Below are positions 12,047 to 21,499 of a DNA stretch of 40,225 bases, in pieces. The notes below the pieces were generated by a model. That model made no database searches and was not told the origin of the DNA. It worked only from the letters and a program-made list of their open reading frames with translations. Position numbers and translations under genes: made by a program. Origin of the DNA: Rhizodiscina lignyota (Eukaryota). The stretch's first letter is position 1; each line of letters starts with the position of its first letter. The stretch lies in the NCBI GenBank assembly GCA_010015805.1, contig ML978132.1, positions 868,001-908,225 of the forward strand, written 5' to 3'.

Positions 12047-12452
12047 GATTGTCTCGATTTCCGCGCTGCGGAAGAAAGTTGAGAGAGACGATGTGACGTC
12101 TTTGAGGCCGGCGTTGATGATGACTTTGGCCGACCAGATCGGAAGGAAAGTTTTGACGACCTCCGAAGAGGCGGAAGGGAATGTTTAGCGGCTGTCTCCC
12201 GACTCTGCAGGAACGCAACGCCGCCGGAAGAGCATGAATTGCACAACAATCGCCTCACGAGTATCAAGTAATCTGAGATATCTCTCACACTTGATGATCC
12301 GAGTATCGTGGCGATCAGCCTCGGTCGTTTGATGTATATATACGTCCTCAAATATGGCGTCTCATCTCCACATCCGTGCTAACATTTTATCGTAAGTCGA
12401 CCATTTTAATCTCTTCAATATTAAGTCCTTTCTTTGGGCCATAAGGTCCACT

Positions 12453-13211
12453 ATGGCCTCTTCAATTCTCCCAACGAAGGTCATTGCGGGCGTGACAGTC
12501 GTCGATACGCCCTTGGTCCGCGCCGCTCAGGAATACGCCCGCGCACACGGCGATGACATGACTTTCAATCACGTCATGCGTTCTTGGCTCTTCGGCGTCA
12601 TCATCTATCACAAACTGAGAGCTAAAGACGCTTTCCCATCTGTCGATCTGGAGGTTCATGCCTTGAGCGCGATCTTGCATGATCTTGGTTGGGATACTAC
12701 GGGAGAGCTCATTTCCAACGACAAGCGCTTCGAGGTCGACGGAGCGATTGCAGCTAAGAATTGGATCAAAGAGAGGCAAGAAAATGGAATGGCGAAAGAC
12801 TGGGATGAGCACAAATTGCAGCTCGTTTGGGATGCTATTGCTCTTCACACCACTCCCTCAATTGCAGCATACAAACAGGCAGAGGTTTCTCTCTGCGGTC
12901 TGGGAATCGTTACCGACTTTCAAGGCCCCTACTCTGATCCTACGCAGATGACAACTTGGGATGAATTCAATGCAGTGAAGGCAGAATTTCCGCGGCTCGA
13001 TCTGGCTGGCGGGATTCGGAAGATGATGTGTGGCTTTTGCAAGACAAAGCCCCAGACAACATACGGTTCGAATCTCTTTGCCGTCCTGCTAGAGGATCTA
13101 GCTAACCTTGGTGCAGACACCTTTATGATGGCTTTTGGGAGGAAGCATGTTGAAGGCTACAAGACGGATGGAAATCTTTCTATCGATATAATGGACAACT
13201 GTATCGAATGA
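12453..13211 (+). CDS. HD-domain metalloprotein, cyanamide hydratase-like family; probable in-frame intron 13066-13116
   Basis: FNHVMRSWLFG, AILHDLG, KRFEVDGAIAA and VWDAIALHT motifs. Candidate intron GTTCGA...GCTAAC...TGCAG. Confidence 0.82.
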   Translation: MASSILPTKVIAGVTVVDTPLVRAAQEYARAHGDDMTFNHVMRSWLFGVIIYHKLRAKDAFPSVDLEVHALSAILHDLGWDTTGELISNDKRFEVDGAIAAKNWIKERQENGMAKDWDEHKLQLVWDAIALHTTPSIAAYKQAEVSLCGLGIVTDFQGPYSDPTQMTTWDEFNAVKAEFPRLDLAGGIRKMMCGFCKTKPQTTYGSNLFAVLLEDLANLGADTFMMAFGRKHVEGYKTDGNLSIDIMDNCIE

Positions 13212-13390
13212 TGGAGCATGTGCACATTCTTGGCTCATGTTTGGAAATATTTTCTAGCATTGCAACGAGGCTCCCTGATCCATTGAAAAATAGAAAGTTC
13301 AGAACCAAATTCCTGCCAATTCGTTGCAATCGATGTGTGACTCATACCTTCATGACAACAGTCATTTAGTTGACAGGAACGTTGCCCCTA

Positions 13391-14045
13391 ATGAATTGTG
13401 GCATTGCAGGTAATTATCTCATATCACACTTCACTGCTTTTTCAAAGTTCAGGACGTCTCGCACGCTTAACGAGTCAACGGCGTGTTAGAGCTTCACATG
13501 TTGACATACAATCTAGGTTCAGCAACTCGAAGCTAGCGAAATCAGTTGCATCCAACGTCTCGAACTTCACACGCCTATCCATCGATGATATAATTGCGAC
13601 TCGTCACGGAATATACGGCGCCGACTGCCCTGCAGATCCTGATGTATACCAGGATTACCAGGAGGAGGCAGACGACATCTTCATGGACAGCTTCCGGAGT
13701 CATCTTATCAACAAGCAAGACGTTGTACTTGACAGGGCATTCTATGACAAGAACGACAGAGACAAGTGCAAAAGGATGGTAGAAGAGACCGAAGCGCGAT
13801 GGGTGCTTGTGTATTTGATGGCTGAGAAGGAGGTGCTCTGGCAGAGAATCTGTGAGAGGAGCCAGGCAGAGAAGATCGCGGACTCGGCGTTGAATATAAG
13901 TCGACAACTATTCGAGATATATTGGGTGGCGTTTCAGGCGCCTGTTGGTGAGGGTGAGTTGATACTGGACGTGGAGACTGGACAAGATAAGGCGACCAGG
14001 CCTCCTCGAGTATGTGAGCATGGCCATTGCGATCACAGCTATTGA
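13391..14045 (+). pseudogene. P-loop nucleotide kinase-like (AAA_33-type ATP/GTP-binding) gene with frameshifted Walker A
   Basis: Exon 1 MNCGIAG (13391-13409), intron 13410-13516, then GT TCA GCA ACT CGA AGC TAG (premature stop). The shifted frame gives LAKS...FTRLSID...DVVLDRAFY...RWVLVYL...LWQRI...FQAPVGEGE, typical of this family. Confidence 0.7.
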
Positions 14046-14368
14046 ATTCCAAAGAGTGAAGGAATGCCCAAAATTGCCTCATTAAAAGCATGAATCTTGG
14101 AGATGCGGAGTTCGGGGGTAATTTCCTATTTGGGAACACCAAACGTACAGTTCCGCAGGCCACATCATCGGGCAGAGTAATGGAATTTTGATGGCCATTA
14201 TACCCTCTCGCTACTCTCTCAAAACGCAGAACAATCCGCTAATCACGACATCTGGATCTTTGCGCGCCACAAAAGCTGAATAGAGATATTGGAGGAATGA
14301 ATGCCTGGATCTTTCTACTTCAAGGAGAAGCGGCCAATGTCTGATAAGACTCTCAATTGCTCAAAGCA

Positions 14369-16192
14369 TTACAGCAGTTCAAGCTCCTTATATTCTCCGG
14401 CAGTCACCTTATCGCACCTCTCCCGAAACGCAGCCGCACTACCACTATACCGCGCAATATACCGCTTCTGTTTGCCGTCAACGTTCGAGTTCACTCCCGT
14501 CATCCACGAGTCAACCTTGCTCGACAATGTGCCTTTTCCAATGTCGATCACATACTGCGTCCACTCTTCGACCGCATCATCTGTAGGCGCGAACTTGGTC
14601 AGTTCGTGCTCTTTCATGTACCGCAGCAAGTCCGTAATCCATCCGACGCCGTATTCGATACTACGAGGCAAATTCCCAAGAAGCACGTGTGGGCCCACAA
14701 TCATGGCCATGTTGGGGAAATGGTTCACGGTTATTCCGAGAAACGTTTGCGGCCCATCCGACCAGTGCTGCTTCAGCTGAAGTCCACCCTGACCACGAAT
14801 ATCGATCCTGTCAAAGCTCCCAGTGATGGCATCAAATCCTGTCGCGTATATAATCAGGTCAAACTCCAGCTCCTTCTCGCTCGTCCGAATTCCCTTTTCT
14901 GTGATCCGCACAATCGGCGTCTCCTGCAAGTCCACCAGCTCAACGTTGGGTTGATTGTACACTTCAAAGTACTTTGTCTCCAGTGGGACACGCCGTGTAC
15001 CAAAGCCGTGGTCCTTTGGTATCAGCTTCTCTGCGACAGTCTGATCTTTCACGCGCTGTCGAATCTTCTTTGCAACAAACCTGCTAATCTCCGCATTCGC
15101 TTTCTCGTCCTTCAGTGTATCCGCGAAGCTGCCAAGCCACAGTCCAAATCCTGGGCTGGCATATCGCTGCTCATAAAAGGCTTCGCGTTCCTCGGGACTC
15201 ACATCGAATGTGTTCCGCAAGTCTGGAGTGTGAAGGAAGCAGGAGAACGTGTTTTGGCACTTCTCGAATATATCAGGATATGTCGTCTTGATCTGTGCCA
15301 TCTCGTCGGAGGTGATGGGCCGGTTGTGTAGTGGGACGGACCAGTTCGGCCGGCGTTGAAAGACATGCAAATGCTGAGCAGTCTTTGCGACTTCTTGGAT
15401 TGTCTGGATTCCAGTTGCACCAGTGCCGATGACAGCGACTCTCTTCCCTTCGAAACTTCTTGGGCCGTCCTTTGGCCATCTGGCAGTGTGGAATGATTGG
15501 CCTTTGAAACTGCTCAAGCCTTCATATCGGGGCAATGTCGGTGTCGACAGGGGTCCAATAGCAGTGACCAGGAAACGAGCGGAGAAGCTAACTTCAGATT
15601 CCAGGAAGACGTTCCAGCATCTAGCGTTGTTGTCGTAATGAGCGGCGGTCACTTTACTGTGGAACTGGACATCGCGCCGGAGATCGAATCGGTCTGCGAC
15701 ATGTTGGACGTATCGAAGCGTCTCTGGTTGACCAGCGAAATGTTCCGTCCACGTCCAGTGATCCAGAAGGTCTTTATCAAAAGAATAACAATATGAATAG
15801 CTTTCGGAGTCGAATCGAGCACCTGGGTAGCGGTTCCAGTACCTACAACGTGGTCAGCTCGATGCAGCACAATGCAAAACCATGATCGACAATGAAGCAG
15901 CCACTGACTGAGAACAATGATCTCGTTTGCAAGTTCTGCGTCGCAGCTCATTATTGCAGCTTCCAAAGTTAGCCGGCGAAGGGTTGAAGACTTACCAAGT
16001 TCCTCCAACATCTGACCCGGCTTCGAAAACCTTTACTTTCATTCCCAATTGACGAAGTCTGTGAAGTTGATACAGACCAGATATGCCTGCTCCAATGACA
16101 ATGGCATCGAAATCCAAACCATCGTTTGAGGACTGATGCTGGATATGGCCATTGAGTCTATTTTGCACGACCTCGGTCTGCAATGCAGCCAT
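14369..16192 (-). CDS. Type I Baeyer-Villiger monooxygenase (cyclohexanone/phenylacetone monooxygenase-like); exons 16192-15996 and 15842-14369
   Basis: IGAGISG (FAD), [18 protein letters not shown] across intron 15995-15843, BVMO fingerprint [19 protein letters not shown] (NADPH) and YATGFD. Confidence 0.95.
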
Positions 16193-16919
16193 GTTTGATT
16201 TGATAGAAGGAAAAAGAAGAGAATTAGATGGTTCAAATATGCTACTTAAACAACTGAAGAATTAAATAGATGCGAGAGAACCATTCATTAGATTTGTCGC
16301 AATGGATATCTCACCATAATGCTCTGATGTTGCTTCCAAAAAGGGGTGCGGGGAATATCCTAACCTCGCAACCGCGGACTACATTTATTGACCGGGCGAC
16401 ATATCATGCGATCGAAGAGAGTTCGAGCTCTGCCCTAGTTACGAGTTCTGCTCGCCTCAGAAAACGACAAGTGGAGGTTTCGTTGCCCTTAGCAAAGTGA
16501 ATTTCTTGCATGATTTCTTTTGACTCACGCCTGCAGAATCGACTTTATTGACCGACCCGCTTGAAGGCCACTTTTGAGGCTGTGTAACTGGAGAAGTCAC
16601 GTTACGTTACGTTGCACCGTCTGATGCCCGCTTCAACCCAGCTAGCTCAATTCGTACATAATGACTTCAAGTCTTCAGTCAATCTCAGAGGCACACGCCT
16701 CCAGTCATCTGTACAGAAGCCAAAGAAGACACATATGTCCGTCTCTATTGAAACATTTCCTTGAACGCTAAAGGTTGATTTACAAGCGAGCATCATCAAT
16801 ATAAACATCCTTTCTGTGCCATATAGAGCCTCGATACAGTATCATTTCAATCCCACATATTTCAAGCCTTTGCGCATCCTTTCTTCCCCAAAGTCTCCAT
16901 CAACGGAGATATCTTCACC

Positions 16920-17790
16920 ATGAGCCTACAGGATAAAGTTATCGTCATCACTGGCGGAGCGCAAAGCATAGGGCTCGAGACATGCAAAGTGCTCGTGGAA
17001 AGAGGAGCCCGCGTCTCAATTGGTGACATTGATGTAGCCGCTATCCAAACTGCTACGAAGCATTTCGACGACAGTGGACTGAATGATCGAGTTCGCTTCA
17101 CCAGAGTCGATATTGGCAATAAAGACGAGGTTGAGTCCTGGATCAGAGATACTGTAAGCTGGGCAGGAAAACTGGATGGTGCGGCGAATATTGCAGCCAT
17201 CAACGGGCCGTTCGAAGGCTGTTTACTCAGGGAGACGCCTGACGAGCTGTTTCACAGGATTTTGCGTGTCAACATAATTGTAAGTACTCACGCAGGACAA
17301 GAAACAATGCCTGATCTCTGCTGAAGTACATTTCACAGGGAACTTTCTACTGTATGCGTGCCGAGCTGAACAATATGAAAGATGGTGGGAGCATTGTCTG
17401 TGTCTCAAGTGTGCAAGGTGTTGTTGGATGGCCGACGTCCAGCACGTACTCGATGACCAAACATGGCCTCATTGGAATGGTTCGCAGTGCTGCAAAGGAG
17501 GAGGGTCATAGGAATATTCGGATAAATGCTGTGGCACCGTAAGCTTCTCTTCTCTTACCTGGTCCCCCGGTGGGTGCGGTTGTGTGAACTCAAGGCTCAC
17601 TAACACGATCCAAAGAGGTGCAATTGACACGCGTATGGTCAATCCGCGGGACAAAAACAACATTGATACGCCAATTCACCGCATTGGTAGTCCGAGGGAA
17701 GTTGCGAATCTGATTGCATTTTTGCTGAGTGATGAAGTAGGCTTCATTACAGGAGCGACATATACAATCGATGGTGGAAAGACTTGCTGA
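16920..17790 (+). CDS. Classical short-chain dehydrogenase/reductase; exons 16920-17279, 17339-17538, 17616-17790
   Basis: [20 protein letters not shown], catalytic [17 protein letters not shown] and [12 protein letters not shown]. Introns 17280-17338 and 17539-17615 keep the frame. Confidence 0.93.
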
Positions 17791-18084
17791 ATGATCATAA
17801 AGCTCAATGATGTCTTGTGAGCAGTTCTTGTCTGGTTGCTGAGTTGTTCGGATACATAGACAGTGGAAGTCGAATGGTAGCTGCTGCAAATGTCCAAAAG
17901 CGATGTGATTTCCGAGATCGACACTTTGCTCTATACGACCGCCGAGAACAAAGCTCGTGACATTCGACCGAAGGCAAGTGCCTTGTAGACCTGGAAACTT
18001 GTTGAAACCCTGATTCCGATTATACTGTTGTCTGTTTCTGTTCAAACTTCTCGAAGTCCTTTCCGCTGAGCCATTGCGGAGACA

Positions 18085-18837
18085 TCACCTCGTGCCAAAA
18101 GTCTTCAGGTCATAAGTTCCGCCCTTCTCCAAAGCTCTCTGGTACGCCGGCCTCGCATAGACTCGATCGACCCACGCTTGGACCTTTGGATACTTCTTGC
18201 CGTCAAAGTAGCCTCTCTGAGTCGCCATGTCCATGCACCAACTCATGTTGAAGTCTGCCAGGCCCATCGACGAGCCAGCAAACCATGGTTTCGTTTCGCT
18301 GAGGACGTCCTCCATCACTTGAAATGACGGCTGCATGTCGTTCTTCCAGTAATTGACGATTGGGTTGACCATTAGTCGTAGCAAGTGACGAATCCCAAAT
18401 GGCATCATAGCAGGAATGATATCAAACAGCAGTGCCGATATAATTTTAACAGATAGTGTGTTGTGCGCAAGAACGTCGAGATATTTGGCTCGCTTCTCGT
18501 CTTCAGGCTCTGCATCCCAGATTCGGTTCGCATACGTCTCGTTTACAAATTCCATGATGAGGATGCTCTCAGCCAAAACGCCAGGGTACTGATTAAGCTG
18601 ATACACCTTGGGACCACGGCCATCATTCTCTTCGACAGTCATAATTGGGGATTTTCCGATAGGGAAGACAGCTTGAAGATCCGGATTCGGCCCGTACCGT
18701 CGTTTGTAGAGCACGAGGTTGTACTTGAATCCATCTTTGTAGCGATGCGATTCGACAATTTCCTCAAGAGCCCAGAGCACGCGCATGGATTGCGACGAGG
18801 CAAGGTGGTGCAGAGTGGGCACGGAAGGTTGCTCCAT
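18085..18837 (-). CDS. Glutathione S-transferase (fungal Gtt1-like)
   Basis: LHHLASSQSMRVLWALEE, PIGKSP, LAES, WFAG...GLADFNM and RPAYQRALEKG motifs. Confidence 0.9.
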   Translation of the reverse strand: MEQPSVPTLHHLASSQSMRVLWALEEIVESHRYKDGFKYNLVLYKRRYGPNPDLQAVFPIGKSPIMTVEENDGRGPKVYQLNQYPGVLAESILIMEFVNETYANRIWDAEPEDEKRAKYLDVLAHNTLSVKIISALLFDIIPAMMPFGIRHLLRLMVNPIVNYWKNDMQPSFQVMEDVLSETKPWFAGSSMGLADFNMSWCMDMATQRGYFDGKKYPKVQAWVDRVYARPAYQRALEKGGTYDLKTFGTR

Positions 18838-20054
18838 TGATGATGATTGATCCGATCGTTTCTTCCGTCGATCTGAATAGCAAAGACGGTCCTGTAAGCT
18901 TCAGCAATCGCGATATATGTAAAGATGAGAGCCATGATGAATTTGGCTCTTAAGATGCTCCTCAGCCCTCTTCCGTCGGAGAGACACCGTCATCAAGTAA
19001 CCCCCAAGTCATCGGCCAAGGGCATGCCAATTCTCTCCGGGGACTTGGCGGGTTCATTCTTTCTTCCGCCTGTCAGCCCTCTTGACAGTCATACGATGCG
19101 GTAGTCTCCAGGATACTCAACCACAGCTAAGATTGGTGTCTCTCATGCCGAGTGGAGATTACGGCCTCCTTAGCCGCAGATTGATTGAAGTCTTCATGTC
19201 CGGCTTTACTTCGGCACAGCCTCGGTTCAATGGGAATATGAGAGGGAGAAGGATTTTCGCCAATTGGTTTTTGGAGAGAATTCCCATCAACTGCAAGTAT
19301 CTTGTTTCGAAAATTTAACACCAATTAGATCGACTTTGCTTGCATATCACGGCTTCTGATGCGCATGATCCTGTTTTCAAGTCGATCCGGGTTGTGCTTC
19401 CGCGTGAGGCGCCTGCGATGTGGACTGAGACAAGTACAGAACAGACGACCTGCACGTAATCCAGCGCTTCACGAGTTTTGAAAAAGGTGAACGACGAATC
19501 GTGGAGAGAAGTGTAGGAACAGATACTCCACGGGCTCTATACGGTCTGATTGTCTTGCTCTCTCTCTTGCACCTTCACCTGGCCCTCTCGCAGCGACGAC
19601 GAAGACTGCGAAACATTCCACTTCAGGACCATGACGATGATAATAGTCAGGACGACCTCCAGTCGCATATCGGCCTACTGAATCTTTCTTGCAGGTAACG
19701 AAGCAGCAGCGGCTTTGGTGATGCTCACTCAGTTTGTCTCGACTCAGAAATGGAATCCAACAGCGTATATTACGGAGCGAATCGTCTGAGCAAATATCGG
19801 TGCAATATCTGTGGTAGGCACATTTCTTGTTCCTTCCAACTGGCTCTTTACATGTTTCATTCAGCACGTTACTCGAGTGATGGGAATTCAGAACGCTCCT
19901 TCTCGTTCCAGCAATGTCGACGGAAAGAGACAAATGCCTTCAGAAAGTTGGCTTTGCTCATCATCTTCAGTGCCTTTCTCTCTCACAGTCAATAAACATC
20001 TCTACACAACTCGTTGAATCATTCTTTCAAGACATTTCAGAACACTCCGACAAA

Positions 20055-21371
20055 ATGAATGAACAACTCAGACACCACACCGCAAACGTCCTCAGCCAAT
20101 GCATCTACCTTCCGGAGCCCACTCTGAAGGAGGAGACCATCCCAAGCCAAATCGGAAAAGTCCATATCATCACTGGCGGCGATACAGGCTATGGCTTCGA
20201 GTTGGTGAAGATGTTGTACAACAAAGGCGCAACAGTCTACCTCCTGGGCCGGGACGAGGATCATTTCGAGGACACACGCGAAACTGTATACGCAGATTGC
20301 CCGGATTTGCGCGGCAACATCGAGTTTATCCAATGCGATCTTGCGAATCTCAGGACCGTGAAATCTGCGGCAACTGAGTTTCTGCGGCGCGAGGAGCGAC
20401 TGGATGTGCTTGTCAACAATGCCCCTGTCATGCGTCCGCCAGCCGGAATCGAGTCGGTACAAGGCTACGATCTGCAAATGGCGCACACCCTCGGGCAGTT
20501 CATACTGACAAAGCTCCTTCTTCCGCTGATTCAAAAGACTGCAACAATCTCGAATCCAGGCTCCGTTCGTGTGATATGGGCCAGCAGCATCGCCGTCGAC
20601 CTTGAATCGCCCAAGGGGGGGATTGAATGGGACCCAGAAACCGATGCTCCCAAGAAGATGGGCAGAGACTACAACTATGTGCAAGCGAAAGTTGGCAATG
20701 TCTTTCTCGGGATGGAGCTTGCCAGACGATTCCGCGATCACGGCATTGTCAGCAGGACCTTCAACCCAGGAAACATACAAAGCGAGCTGTACAACATGAC
20801 AGTGATGGAAGACGCTCTTACAAGGAACCTGCTGCTCTACTCTACGATCAACGGCGCATATACGGCACTGTATGCGGGTTGGGAAGACATTGAAGGTGAT
20901 TCGTATGCGGCATACGTAATTCCATGGGGAAGAGAAGGTCGTTGCCGTCCTGACCTCGTGGATGCGGTGAAGATGAAGGAGGATGGTGGCACTGGAGGCG
21001 CAGTGGCATTCTGGGACTGGTGTGAGCGGCAGACAAAGGAGTTCTGGTCTCAGCGACCGACAAAGAAGGTCTCCTTTGACACTGAGACCCTTGAACGCGA
21101 CCGCATATACTACGACAAGGCCACAACACAACTCTGTGACCATCTTCAGTCAGAAGGGACTATTGTGACGGCCCGGAAATCATGCAAGGAACGGCTGGCA
21201 GGCAAGCAACAGCGCAAGAAGATTGTCAACAAGGCACGGAAGACAATCAAGGAACAACGCAAGCAGGTCGCTGGCGAAGCATGTGAGACAGATAAGGAAG
21301 AACGTAGGCGATACCGAAAGGAGTTGAAACGCGAACTGGCCAAACTTGCCAAAATGACCAAGAGAAAGTGA
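20055..21371 (+). CDS. Retinol-dehydrogenase/WWOX-like SDR with a long basic C-terminal extension
   Basis: GKVHIITGGDTGYGFE, CDLANL, RLDVLVNNA, RVIWASS, YVQAK, NPGNIQSEL, GAYTALYAG, YVIPWGR and FWDWCE. Start chosen at 20055 (AAAATG); the ORF is open from 19914. Confidence 0.85.
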   Translation: MNEQLRHHTANVLSQCIYLPEPTLKEETIPSQIGKVHIITGGDTGYGFELVKMLYNKGATVYLLGRDEDHFEDTRETVYADCPDLRGNIEFIQCDLANLRTVKSAATEFLRREERLDVLVNNAPVMRPPAGIESVQGYDLQMAHTLGQFILTKLLLPLIQKTATISNPGSVRVIWASSIAVDLESPKGGIEWDPETDAPKKMGRDYNYVQAKVGNVFLGMELARRFRDHGIVSRTFNPGNIQSELYNMTVMEDALTRNLLLYSTINGAYTALYAGWEDIEGDSYAAYVIPWGREGRCRPDLVDAVKMKEDGGTGGAVAFWDWCERQTKEFWSQRPTKKVSFDTETLERDRIYYDKATTQLCDHLQSEGTIVTARKSCKERLAGKQQRKKIVNKARKTIKEQRKQVAGEACETDKEERRRYRKELKRELAKLAKMTKRK

Positions 21372-21499
21372 GGGAAACAAGGCTGGACAATTATTGGTAC
21401 CGGGAAAGATTGTCCGCAACAGATTGTACAGTAAGCTGAGTATACTATTGACTCGCGGCATTGCCGGTAAACACAATGATCATCCGTTCATATACTCAA

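Noticed and set aside
14357..15331. 324-aa + strand ORF
   Set aside because: Antisense shadow of the BVMO; no recognisable motifs.
20037..21143. 368-aa - strand ORF
   Set aside because: Antisense shadow of the SDR.
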